Assembly (NCBI RefSeq): GCF_001194135.2
Contig: NC_068989.1
Coordinates: forward strand, 65,682,214-65,745,885
DNA: 63,672 nucleotides
Source: Octopus bimaculoides
Taxonomy: Eukaryota
Direction: 5' to 3'
In this document: piece after piece, positions 25,077 through 37,920 of the stretch
Layout of the letters: each line of letters opens with the position of its first letter
Numbering within the stretch: position 1 is the first letter of the stretch
Program-made: the position numbers and the translations under genes
Notes under the pieces: model-generated
Told to the model about the DNA's origin: nothing
What the model saw: only the letters and a program-made list of their open reading frames with translations
Databases searched by the model: none

Positions 25077-27241
25077 GTCTGATTTTGCTTTGTATTTATG
25101 CAAGTTGACTCCAAATGTCACCCAGAAGTTTCAAGAGACAAGTTAAAAGCTCATGTTGGTGTTAGATATTCCTTCAGTCAAACCCTAATGTATTGAATAC
25201 AGAAGGACACATTGGATACTAGAATTCTAGATAATAGTTCCAGATAACCTATGTCTAAACAAAAATGAAGGGTTGAAACATATTTGATCAAATATCTACT
25301 TAATCGGGGTTGAACTGGATCTAAACATGAACAAAAAAAAATCCTTATCATCAACAATAACAACAATAACAGCTGCAACATTGATGTTTATTGTGTTAAC
25401 CTCCGATGGTTGGACAGCATAACTTAATTCGGTGCTATATGAAGACGGAATATTAAGTTAGAATCTTCATAAATATTGCATTAGTGGACGCAAATTCAAC
25501 AATACACAACACTGTACTTCACTGGACTGTACTTCTGCATTTATAAGACAAGTGCATTCCTTGTTGCCAATAGTTGCAGTTGCACCAAAATAAAACAAGC
25601 GACGAAGCAAGCGTGACCATCGAAAAATAGCGGTCGAATACCCCGCTACCACAAATCTCACGCATCAGCATCTTAACATAGTAACGTGTTACTTAAACTC
25701 TCCCACTGCCACCACTACCAAACAAAACAAAGTTATATGATGTATTCTAAATTTGATAGCAATTGTCGTGATGGTCAAATTTACAACGTCTTTAAGCATA
25801 AATTTGTCAGCTTGATCAGTGCTGGCCCGGCGTAAACAACAACGACCACAGCAGCAGTAGGTATATAGAAATAAAAGGAAATATCATTGCAATATTTTTC
25901 TTCTGCAAATAATGACATATTTCTCACAACATATACCGAAGTATTTACACATACGTATACATAAGCATACACGCAAAATGGCTTATATAAAGAGACGTTG
26001 GAAACGATAAATCTTGTTTCACGGTATAATACATGGAAATTTTCAACTTCATTGAAACTCTACAAATTTACTCAGCTCAACATTAGACTGGTAAGAAACT
26101 ATTAATTTCATGTTATCAGCAATCTATCATACAGCAAACGGAGCCTTATCACAGAAGGAAGTTCCTTGTTTCTGATCATGCAATATATTTATACTGAAGT
26201 AGTTATTATTTAGCAATCACTCCAAGCATACCAGGTTGATTAGATTAACATCACCGAAATATATGAAGTTAGAGGGCTCCGTAACGCATTGACGTGTACG
26301 AGTATCACTTAAGGGTATTATCTTTATGCAATGTCTCTAACAGACATCGGCCGGCTCCTCTCAACTCATACTGATGGGAAGATTTGAAATCAATATTCTA
26401 AACTGTAAAATAATTTGTCATTGATCTATATTCTATACCATGGATATTCTTGTTGCGAATTACATTCCATAGATATTGATACTTATAAAATGATGCTGTA
26501 TATATTAATATTTATGTTCCATGCGAGTGAAAGTAAAGTAAAATTATTTTAGCCATGGACATATCGATGGACAGGAAGTAATATATACTGGGACTACTGA
26601 TCCCTTAAACCGACAGACTACTGATTTGTCTTTCGACAGATTACTGATTTGGTATAGTCGTTAGAGGGCGATCGTGGCTGTGGCATTTATTCTGGTGTTG
26701 TAAGTTCAGATTGTGGCTAGGTAAGCTTTGCCTTTTATCATTTCAGGATCGATACAGAATACTGCAACCCAGTACTTAGAGTTTATTGTGCTTTTCTCCT
26801 CTTTCTGAAAGAAATATGCATTCAGATCTGAACGTTGACACGCTGAATGCTACATAGGCGACACAACGACTATGTTAGTTGTTGAAAAGCCATGAAAAGA
26901 AGAACAGAACTCCTTTCAATATATAGTGATGTTCTCCAAACTAACAAGTGACAACTGAGAAATAACCACAATACGAGAGAGTAATAGTAAATTTTAAACC
27001 GAATAATTACTGCACAAGAGGCATGACGACAGAGAATTGTGGACTTATCAAGGATACATAATAAAATATCAACTAGAAATGTATCTCATTTCTCTAGAAA
27101 TAAGCAACGTAGGTTAAACCATCATTTGACAGACTCCAACTATTACATATTTTACTATGTCAACAATAACCATAATGAACTTTAACAATAAGTTATTCCC
27201 AAGAGAATTTTGAAAATATAATTAATATTAGAATACTCTTT

Positions 27242-27455
27242 AAGGTAGTGAGCTTGCAGAATCTTTAGCACGTCTGGCAAAGTTCTCAACGGCAGTTCAT
27301 GGCTTTACGTCCGAGTTCAAATTCTACTGAGCTTGACTTGCGTTTCACCTTTTCCAGGTCGATAAAATAAGTACCAATTCAGCACTGTTATCGATGTAAT
27401 TAACTTACCCCTTCCCCCGAAATTTCTGGTCTTGTGCAAAAATTTGAAACCAATT
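27242..27455 (+). mobile_element. SINE family C
   Basis: aaggtagtgagcttgcagaatc...gagttcaaattc...gtcgataaaataagtacc...caaaaatttgaaaccaat. Confidence 0.8.
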
Positions 27456-29844
27456 TCAGAGTAGCCTATTGTTAGTAAACTAACTGCGGGGTATGTATTG
27501 TAAAAGCTCATTCGCTTTGCTGCTCTCATAACACTGAGATACATGTGCAAAAATGTAGATTGAAAAAAATACCTGTTAACTAGTTGATAGATGGATTCCA
27601 TTAGATAAAGTATCCCTTCATTATCCTATTGTCAGAGTAGTTGTTTTGTACGCAGAAATTTTCTAAAATTCTTTTTCATAACAGACATGGCTATTGTGGA
27701 CGAGTAGAAATTTTTATTACATGCACTACGCATCCGTTAAACAGGTTTCATTGTTTTACATCTTTTAGTTATTTAGCCCTATGTCAGCCCTGATCTGGTA
27801 GATCTACAATGAAAGTCTATTCTCGTAGTTTATAACATCTAGGGCAGCATTATCCAATCTGAAAGTACTTTTTCTACAAGACAGTGGCATGCGATTTGAC
27901 GAAGATTTTGGTTGATTATTCTCGCAGGTCACATAGTCTTTCGGAGCCAAAGTGTTTATGTAATCGATTAGTTGTTCAGATTTCGAAGCTACCGGCATAT
28001 GACGATATAATTGTATGTAATCTAGCTTTATATGCTTATCATGCGTATTATTATGTAGTAAAGACTCCATTAATAATGGGCAAATATTTACAGCCAGATT
28101 ACTGCATCACCTAATGTATTTTGTATTACCTTCTGAAGGTATATAATTTTTTTATATTTTTAGTTGATTATATGCTTGTCAATTTTATGTTGAGTACTCT
28201 CGGAAAGGGAATTTCTATCCTTAATTTTTCTGCTATTCTTTAGTGTTTATACATTTCATTTTTCTACACAAAATATATATTATTTAAAATCTGTCAGTTC
28301 TTTCTCCAATCTTATTTTTGAAGATTTACTGAAGCTTTTAAATTGTAAAATCATAGAAATTGTGTAATTTTCGTCTTACATGTGGTTGCAAATTCCTATT
28401 TGAAATTCCAATAATTTCTTTCTAATGGTAAAATTCTTTGGTTCACTTTTTTTCCCATCTATGCTGAGTTGTTTTGCTAATCTTGGATTGTTCACAATGG
28501 TTTCCGAAGTTACTGCATAATTTAAGTCAGTTATAGTTTTTGTGGTTGCTATAGTAACAACAAAAATAATATTAATAATACTGATATAATAATAATACCA
28601 ACGATAATAATAACAATGAATCATTTATTGTTGCAAGGCCGACGAATGGGAGACATTACTAGAACGAATTTCAAAACATGGATAGCGGGGTAGGATACAT
28701 TTGGCATAAAAAGAAAACAGCTTGGGATGTGAAGTAATTTATCGTGTATGAAGACATAAGACAGAAACTGACATATAATTGTAAGATAAAAAATATAAAT
28801 ATATATTAAAAAAAACGCTTACCAGGGTGGTCTACCTCGAGTATAAAAATTAGGCATGCAAGCATAAAATAAAAACAGATTTGAGAATGAAATATTTAGA
28901 ATGATATTACTCCAAAAGAGGTACACATATCTCATACCGATGAAGGAAATTACACCTCTGATATTGTTGAATATCAAGGGCAAATTTTCTTTCGTAATAG
29001 TAAGTTCATACCAAAAGCTACGTCTGTTCAGTACAGATCCATTCAACCTGGCCATACACACCGCTCTCTACATTGTTACGGCATTTTAGTTGTCGCTAAA
29101 TGTTCAAGTGAATTACTAGAAATAGTAGCCACTTTGTACAGTCGAACATGTAATTTTGACCTCGAAAAAGATAGACACATCGTTCAACCTAGTTCTATAT
29201 ATTACATAAAATAAAAACGTGAGTCACGAAAATGTCTTTCGTTGTGGTTCTTTCCAATCAGGATTTGTGTTAGATTCAAGAACGACAAGAACAACATCAA
29301 CAACAACAGATTTCAGAAAAAGTACGGGAGGGCAGCACTATCTCTCCATGCTCAACATCGGTCCTACGTGATACTTGAAATAGTTGAGTAGGGATGAACA
29401 GAAGAAAAAATCTCTGGTATTGCTGATATTATTTTCTATTATTTTTAAGGATGTGAGGTTTGCGAGGTTTGCGTGTAAGACAAAATGCTTAGCAGCTTTG
29501 GCTCTGAGTTTTGTGTTAAAATCCAACCAAAGTCTACCGTTCATCGTTTCCAGTTACTAAACAAATACCAGAGCCAATGTGATTGAGTAACACGTTTTGT
29601 ACCAAAGATCGAAAGCAGTATTATTGTTATAATTATGACAGCGGGATGGGCAAATTATTTGTGTATCGAATTAGTTTGCCGTACGTTCTGAGTTTAAATC
29701 CCACCAACGTCAATTTTTTTTTCTTCCGCATCCAGAAATTAGGATGCGATCAAATACTGGTGTCCATGGTATCGTCTAACTCCTTCACTCAAAAATGATG
29801 GCTTTCTACCTAAATAAGAAGTTAATATTAATACTATTAACAGT

Positions 29845-30050
29845 TGCGGCAAGCTGGCTGAACCGTTAGTACGCCGGACAAAATGTTTCGCGGCATTTTG
29901 TTCATCTTTACATTTCCGTTCTCCCGAGATTGACTTTGCTTTTCATCTTTTTGGGTTCGATGAAATAGACACCATTCAAGTACTGAAGTCCACCTTATCG
30001 TGTTACAGCTATTCCATAAACTGCTAGCCTTGTTCCAAAATTTGAAACTA
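29845..30050 (+). mobile_element. SINE family C, degenerate
   Basis: gcggcaagctggctgaaccgttagtacgccggac...gactttgcttttcatc...ccaaaatttgaaac. Confidence 0.7.
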
Positions 30051-30607
30051 CTATTATAAATTTCTCTTAGGACATTTTTACGTTATGGCGTTCAGGAGAA
30101 AAAGAACAATATAACAGTGAAATAAACTTGCAACATAATAAATGGATAAAAGTGACTGCTTTGTCACATCGACACATTGAAAGAAAAATAATGAAACCAG
30201 TAAATAGTGACTATTAGCGATAATGGTAGAGTATACAGCACATGACGTACAGAAACTGCACTGAGTGAGGGTAAAGTCGTCAAAAATTTCTCTTTCGATT
30301 TTTGTGTTTTTTAAATTACATGTTAATAAGTCAATAACTCTCAGAAATTGAACATCCATGTTTTCGGATTTAGGAAGTCAGTATGACAAAGTTGAGTAAT
30401 CAAGCAACATTACGTTCTTTCTCACCACGTTATTAAGTAGGAGAGGAAACGAAAAATATTGCCCTATTTTAGTGGCGTACGATGTACATTTTTATTTTTA
30501 AATTAAAAATATTCGTCTCATACACTGCCTTCCAACCTGCGAATTACGCACACATATAAGATCATCTAGCTTTTGAAATTTTAATCTTTCTCTTTTCCTT
30601 GCGTCAG

Positions 30608-30800
30608 ACTACAGCCATGCTGGGGCTACTCCTTGCAGAATTTTAGGAGAAGAAATCATCGACCCCAGTACTTATTTGTTTAAACCTGGTACCTATTATT
30701 CTATAGGTCGCGTTTGCCCAACTGCTAGGTTACAGGAATGTATAAACACTAAAGCCAACTATCAAGTGCTAGCGAAAAGGACAGACACAGACACACATAC
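30608..30800 (-). mobile_element. SINE family A tail segment
   Basis: cagccatgctgggg...atcgaccccagtacttat...actgctaggttac, as in the other tails. Confidence 0.6.
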
Positions 30801-30898
30801 ACCCACATACAAACACACACACACACATATATGTGCATCAGCATGGCCGCAGCTCTAAGCTGAAACTATAAACAATATAATATATATATATACATATA

Positions 30899-31109
30899 CA
30901 GAGTTGGCTAAAGTCACCCGACAGTAAATAAAAACCATTTAATTCCAAGATTTATTTTATGTTTAACAAATGAATGAATTTAATAACATCATGAAAATTG
31001 TTCAAACTGAAGTCCTTGAGCGACACATTTTCTCATTCGAGTCGATGCATAATTGCAGATAGTATTTATGGAATTTCGATTTACTGTCGGGTGACTGTTG
31101 GCCAATCGC

Positions 31110-31110
<1 letters not shown>
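30899..31110. mobile_element. Tc1/mariner-type MITE (212 bp), TA-flanked
   Basis: TIR cagagttggctaaagtcacccgacagtaaat (30899-30929) versus atttactgtcgggtgactgttggccaatcgcg (31079-31110); second partial copy at 55361. Confidence 0.8.
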
Positions 31111-31195
<85 letters not shown>

Positions 31196-31200
31196 AAATG

Positions 31201-31365
31201 ATACGGGTTTCTTTCAACTTCCGTCTACCAGATCCACTTTAAAGTCTTTAGTCGCCGTGAGACTATTATGGAAGACACTTGCCCAAGGCGCCACACAAGG
31301 CGTCTGAGTCCAGAACCATTTGGTTTGAAAGCAAACTTCTTATTGCACAGCCAATCCTGCACCTA
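31201..31365 (-). mobile_element. SINE family A head
   Basis: On minus: taggtgcaggattggctgtgc...cttgggcaagtgtcttcc...gaaagaaacccgt. Confidence 0.75.
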
Positions 31366-31647
31366 GCTATTATTTTTCCTAGGAAATTTTCACTTCAAAT
31401 TAAGATTGTACCGTATATGCCCATGCGCATATGTGGTGACTATACTTGTCTTACTAAGGAAACTCTGTCTTTTCCGTTTACCAATGAAGCAGTAGTTAAA
31501 AGTAGCACTGAAGACGGCAAAATTATCCCAAATCATAGCGTCTTTACTCCTAACTCAGCCAGTCGCAGTTGCTGAAGGAAAAATCACTTCAACGTTTTTT
31601 ACCCACAGTTCTGTCGGTGTATGCTCGAAAATTTGCAGCCATGAAAA

Positions 31648-32097
31648 TCGCTAGTAAGCCCTTGAGTTGTTGATCATTTTTTGCAAATAGCTTTAGATCA
31701 TCCATGTAAATGAGTTGATTTATATTTTTATCAAACATTTTGTAACCGTATTGTACATCATCGAGCAATTTTGAGAGAGGTATTAAGGCCAGACAAAAGC
31801 AGAGTGGTGATAGTGAGTCACCCTGGAGAATGCCACCTGAAATTCTTATATCTCCAGCATTTAGAGATACATTGTCACTGTTCAAAGTCATGATCTCATA
31901 CTTACAGACAAAAAGTTTCGCAGAGTAGGAGTTATTTTATACATTTCCGGACATTTCTTAATCCAGCTATGTGGTAGGCTATCAAAAGCGTTTTTATAGT
32001 CTATCCAGGCTATTGACAAGTTTTTGTGTCGTTTGTGACAATCTTCTAGGATCATCCTATTGATGAGTAGCTGATCCTTACAACCATAAGATCCACG
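31648..32097 (-). mobile_element. R4/Dong-clade reverse transcriptase fragment
   Basis: [19 protein letters not shown]...[17 protein letters not shown], then after a frameshift GILQGDSLSPLCFCLALIPL...YMDDLKLFAK; 5' end abuts (TAA)n at 32098-32235. Confidence 0.92.
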
Positions 32098-32108
32098 TTA
32101 TTATTATA

Positions 32109-32175
<67 letters not shown>

Positions 32176-32851
32176 GTATTGCTGTTGTTTTTGTTATTAT
32201 TATTATTATTACTATTATTAATATTATTTATTACAGATATGTTTCATTTCTTGCAGAAAATTCATAATGCCATGTGATTTTGATACGCACAAATGTTAAT
32301 TATATGTTCTCCGAATATAAATTCTTTAAGATAGTAATTATATCAAATTTGTGAAACCTTGCATATATTAATTATATTTTACGATTCATAAATTCATAAT
32401 GTCTCTGTTTTTATGATATCATTGTCTATTTTAATTCCTGCATAAATTCATACCAAACACGATGCCTTTATAAGCCAACAGATTTCGAAATGTTGCATGT
32501 ATTAGGATTTCCTTGAAAGGGACAAATGACAGAGAACAGTTAGAAACATATAAACTAACCTCACACATTCTATGTCAGTGTATGTATACATACACACAAG
32601 CACACATACACACACACTCACACACACATATGTATATATGAATGTATACATGTATGTATGTATGTATGTATGTATGTATGCATGCATGTATGCATGCATG
32701 TATTTAAAGGGAGTGATTCTGGTAATTTTGCATAGCATATTAGCAGGCCATAAATAAAAGGTGACCAAATATAATATTATGCAACATGAACAAAATTATA
32801 ATTGTCAAATTTTAACATGACAAATTCGAAGTTAACAAAAGAATTGAAAAG

Positions 32852-33716
32852 GTGTTCGGGCTAACTTTGACAGTTTGCATAAAAAGAAGATAAAGCACAA
32901 TATTTCATTCACAAATAGAACTATTTGAAAATCAAAAGAAAATATCAAATAGATTATGGCTAGAAGATTACAACTTGCTCATAGGAGCTGCCCTCAACTT
33001 ACAGCACATCCTCAAGACGACTCCAGAACTTGGCGCATGCGTTCCTCACTTGTCACTGGGAAAATCTGCGAATAGCTCCTTCATCATAGCCACCAGCGAA
33101 GCCATGGTTGGTGTCTTTCTGAACAGCGTCCCATACATAGTAATCCATTGGATTACAACCAGCGTAATTAGGAAGCCAGAAACTGGGGCTGGAGGAGTTG
33201 TAGAATTCTCCGACAATCACTTAAGACTCTTTCCGGAAGTATAGCAAGGTGCCAAATATTGCTGCCACATATATGGCCTTTTAATAGCAACCCTCTCCAG
33301 TCAAAGACTGACCAGTTTCCAACAGCTACAAATGGTCATCTGAATTTGGCCAAAGGCCTTGCTCAAAGATGTGGGGCAGATTCGCGTTGTACGCGCGAAG
33401 CCACAACTTCTGCTGTAACCCTTCCTGCTGGCCACGGCTTCGTAGTCACCATTACAGCTGTCCATGTCAGGTTTCACAATTATTTACAGAGCGCATTCAG
33501 TATGATGTCGGCAATTTGAAACCTTGCTCGAATCATCTTGATACGGGTAAACATTTTCCAGTAATCAGATGGCTTCCAGAACTCCATGTCAGTTAATTTT
33601 GTCTCAACTACAACCTTAATATTCGTACTCGCCAATGCCATTGACTCTTCAGCAATGCCTCAAACTGTTTCTGACAAAAAGGAGACATAAAATATCGTAA
33701 AATTGAGCCCGAACAC
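32852..33716 (-). mobile_element. Internally deleted maT/DD37D (Tc1/mariner superfamily) transposon
   Basis: MEFWKPSDYWK...MIRA from 33587; LPHIFEQGL; RPYMWQQYLAPCYTS; FWLPNYAGCNPMDYYVWDAV; VRNACAKFWSRLEDV; TIR-like gtgttcgggct at both ends. Confidence 0.85.
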
Positions 33717-33739
33717 AGAATATGCCTTATTTGTGCTGT

Positions 33740-34063
33740 AGCCGATAACCATATTCTTTTCTACTCTAGGTACAAGGCCCTAAATTTTCAGAGAGGGGAT
33801 ACATTTTTATGTGATATATTTTCATTCTAAAAATAACCTTTTCCACTATAGGAACAAGGCCTGAAATTTTGAGGAAAGCGCAAGTCGATTACAACGACTC
33901 CATTACGCAACCGGTATTTAATTTATTGATTCCAAAGTGATGAAAGGCAAAGGCAAAGTCAAAGTCAACCTCGGTAAGATTTGAACTCAGAACGCAATGA
34001 CAAACGAAGTATAACTAAGCATTTCGGCCGGCGTGCTAACGTCTCTTCCAACTTGCCGCCTTA
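33740..34063 (-). mobile_element. SINE family C with a duplicated tail fragment
   Basis: On minus: aaggcggcaagttggaagagacgttagcacgccggccgaaatgcttag...gagttcaaatc...tttgcctttcatc. Confidence 0.8.
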
Positions 34064-34682
34064 GTATACAAACAAATATTAAATATATTTAATACAAAAA
34101 ATGTGCATATGTAAACATATAAAATAAAGTTCGACTTACAATAGAAATGACATCAGGAATTAAATGGGATGAGCAAGACTTTTACGAGTACAACAGCTGT
34201 TAGACTCCTAAAACTCTTTCTCACTCAACCCCTTTAATTCCTGATGTCATTTCTATTCTGTGTAAGTCGGATTTTTTTTTTATATGTATACATATAAAAC
34301 AACTGTTCGTTATAAACTAAACGAAAACTGCGGAACGTATGTATGTACGTATGTATGTATGTATGTATGTATGTATGTATGTATGTATGTATGCATGCAT
34401 GCGTGCATGCATTTATGTATGTATATATGTATGTATGTATGTATATATGCATGTCATTATTCAGTTTATTTCAAGATTTCTTGCCACTAGAGAAAGAAAG
34501 GGATTCTAACCTAGATCAAAGGTCCCTTCACTGGAATTTCAACATCAACAACAGGGTATTTTTGCTTGTATGTATGTATGTTTGTATGTATGCATGTATG
34601 CATGTATGTATGTGCGGATTTGTATGTTTTAAGTATGTACTCTAATGCATATAGTTACATATGTACACATGCTCATATATAT

Positions 34683-35483
34683 TTAAATGATAAATCTGGA
34701 AATTTTACTAACTTTTAGAGTTTCAGTCATGGCTTTGGATCTGTAGTCTTCGAATTAGCTCTTTCCTTTCTGATTTTGAGAAACCTTATTTCTCATGATT
34801 GGTATTTAGGCAGTGTGTTACATATCCCAGGGCCCCAATAATTACAGGTATAAACCTGAACTTCTAATCTGGATAGAGTACTTGCAGATTTCTCAATAGT
34901 TCAGCATAGGTGTTTTCTTTTACACAGATTTTCAGCTTTATGTCAACATCCGCTGGGCAGCTAATTTCTACAACTGCACAGTTTCTCTTCTCTATCCTAA
35001 ATCATTATATCAGGTCTGTTGTGCCTATATTTTATTGAGGTCTTCACTGGTACGTTCCACCAGTATTTCTTTTTATTATGAGTGGCTATGGCTTCTACCA
35101 TATTGTGGGTTTTTATTTCTTTGTCCACGGGATTATCTTTCTGACGGATTTCATTAGAAAGTGTCCTCCCTATAACGTCATGTTTCACTGGTAGATAAAT
35201 ACTGTGATGAGATTTTGGGGCAACTGCTAATGATGCGGGTGATATCTTCAGGATGAACTTCACAAAGTCTGCATCGGTTGTCACATTTTACAACTTTTCC
35301 TGCATCTCTATCTCTTTTGTGCATCAGGTGTTTGGTTGATATTTCCTGCTCTTGGATTGCAAACGCATACCCTTCAGAGTGGTAGGTGGTAATCCGGCTA
35401 TTCATCCATAATAAACTGCTTTGATGATCGATGTTACTATCATCACGGAGCTTTCTAGTAACATATTCATACATAGTCTTCTG
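34683..35483 (-). mobile_element. R4/Dong-clade LINE C-terminus: zinc knuckle + restriction-like endonuclease
   Basis: EGYAFAIQEQEI...CRLCEVHPEDITRIISSCPK; KHDVIGR; YWWNVPVKTSIKYRHNRPDIMI; VIIGALG; stops and frameshifts present. Confidence 0.9.
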
Positions 35484-35924
35484 TATATATATATATGTAT
35501 ATATATNNNNNNNNNNNNNNNNNNNNNNNNNNNNNNNNNNNNNNNNNNNNNNNNNNNNNNNNNNNNNNNNNNNNNNNNNTATATATATATTATGTATATA
35601 ATGCATATATATGTATGTATCTCTGTATGTATGTATATATGTATGTATATATATATGTCTTCAAATGTTTGAGAATAAGAGTGGAGCAATTTTGAATAGT
35701 GATTCACAAAGACTTTGTATATATATCTTACTTCTGTTACTAAGTTTAATGAAAAACATCATTCATTTAACCATCATACAATTATGGAAAAACCAACAAT
35801 CATACATACGCAAGAAAGTAAATTGCCATACGTGCATGTGCATATGTATGTGTGTATTTATATATGTATGTATGTATGTATGTGTGTATTTATACATGTA
35901 TGTATGTATTTATGCACCTTAGTC

Positions 35925-36330
35925 TTTTGCGGTATTTCGTACATCTTACGTTTCAGTTCAAATTCCGCCAAGGTCACCTTTGCCTTCCATCCTTTCGCGG
36001 TCGATAAAATAAGTACCGGTTGGGAACTGGGGTAGAAGAAATTGACTTAACCCCTTCCCCGAAATTACTGACCTTGTGCCAAAATTTGGATCTATATTAC
36101 TATAAAGAGAGAAGGCGGTGAGCTGGCAGTATCGTTACCACGCCGGGTTAAAATGCTTTGCTGCATCTCGTCCGTCTTTACGTTCCCTGTTCAAATTCCA
36201 CAGAGGTCGACTTTGCCTTTCAATTCTTCGGGGACAATAAAATAAATACATATTGATCACTGGGATCGATGTAATCGACTTGCCCCATTTCCCAAAACTG
36301 TGGGCCTTCTACCAAATGTTGAAACCAATT
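35925..36330 (+). mobile_element. Two tandem SINE family C copies
   Basis: gttcaaattcc...tttgcctt(c/t)ca...gataaaataa...ccaaa in both; the second starts aaggcggtgagctggcag at about 36112. Confidence 0.82.
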
Positions 36331-36549
36331 TTATTATACAGAGAAGGAAGAAAACAAAAACAGCATTTAGAATAGCTCCACAATATTTAAAGCAGAAAAA
36401 TTATATATCCTAAGAATATCAGGAACAACTGCCCGAGGCGCCAAAAACCTTATTATATAATATCTATTGTAAATAAGGACTAGTTGAGCACTAGACTGCT
36501 TCACCTCCCAATCAAAATTACTGACCTTGTGCCAAAATTATTATTATTA

Positions 36550-36581
<32 letters not shown>

Positions 36582-36584
<3 letters not shown>

Positions 36585-37336
36585 TAGTTTTATTTTTATA
36601 ACGTGCTTTCACTTCACTACCGAGCGCAGCTCTGTGCGCCTTGGGTATGTGCTGTGGTTTGCCGTGGTGCTCTTATGTTTACTGTATTGAAAGTGTTTTG
36701 CGTAGAATGTGTGCAGTACCCAGTAGTGCAATTTTCTGTATGTTATATATATTTGTAAGTCCTGGTGTTTTTGTTATGTATTTGTCTGAATATTTTTTTA
36801 TTATACCTAAGGCACCTACNNNNNNNNNNNNNNNNNNNNNNNNNNNNNNNNNNNNNNNNNNNNNNNNNNNNNNNNNNNNNNNNNNNNNNNNNNNNNNNNN
36901 NNNNNNNNNNNNNNNNNNNNNNNNNNNNNNNNNNNNNNNNNNNNNNNNNNNNNNNNNNNNNNNNNNNNNNNNNNNNNNNNNNNNNNNNNNNNNNNNNNNN
37001 NNNNNNNNNNNNNNNNNNNNNNNNNNNNNNNNNNNNNNNNNNNNNNNNNNNNNNNNNNNNNNNNNNNNNNNNNNNNNNNNNNNNNNNNNNNNNNNNNNNN
37101 NNNNNNNNNNNNNNNNNNNNNNNNNNNNNNNNNNNNNNNNNNNNNNNNNNNNNNNNNNNNNNNNNNNNNNNNNNNNNNNNNNNNNNNNNNNNNNNNNNNN
37201 NNNNNNNNNNNNNNNNNNNNNNNNNNNNNNNNNNNNNNNNNNNNNNNNNNNNNNNNNNNNNNNGCTATTCCATAATGTTGGCATAGCTTCCAGTGTATAT
37301 AGGTCCCAGCTCTGTCGTGTCTGTGAATATATTCCT
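36582..37336 (-). mobile_element. R4/Dong-clade LINE 3' fragment spanning a gap
   Basis: HRHDRAGTYIHWKLCQHYGI before the gap; VGALGIIKK...IQKIALLGTAHILRKTLSIQ* after it; (TAA)n at both ends (36538-36581 and 37337-37423). Confidence 0.85.
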
Positions 37337-37351
37337 TATTTATTATTATTA

Positions 37352-37404
<53 letters not shown>

Positions 37405-37426
37405 ATTATTATTATTATTATTACGT

Positions 37427-37920
37427 AAGGCGGCATTTCGTCCGTCTTACGCTTTGAGCTCAAATTCTGCAGAGGTCGACTTTACCTGTTATACTTTCTA
37501 GGTCGATGAAATAAATAGCAGTCAGGAACCGAAGTCAATATAATCACTTTCCCCTCTTTTTAAACAATTTGAAAACATTATTGTTATTATGATGAGGTAG
37601 TAAACTGGTATAGAATTGCTAGCACGCTAGAAAAATGCTTAGAGGCATTTCAAACTATATCTTTGTCGATAAAAGGAAAAAAGAAAACGGATGACATGTA
37701 AAGTCTATTTCAGCGGGTTTTGAACTGAGATTTGCAAAGAACTGGAAGAAATATTACATGATTCTCCCACTCCATCCGTGTTTATTTTTCTGATTTTGAC
37801 ACACGGTCAGCAATTTTATGATGTGGGGATTAGTCGATGTCATTGGCCAATTTACTTAACCAGTTCATTTAATATTATCAACCCCAGAAGGATGAAAGGC
37901 AAAGTTGACCCTAGCGCACC
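37427..37920. mobile_element. Mixed-orientation SINE family C fragments
   Basis: On +: gagctcaaattctgcagaggtcgacttt. On minus: fragments near 37660-37740 and 37790-37920 (aggatgaaaggcaaagttgacc on +). Confidence 0.6.

Noticed and set aside
28130-28132. 3-nt microexon (ccttcag|AAG|gtaata on minus)
   Set aside because: The motif is too short to distinguish from chance without RNA data
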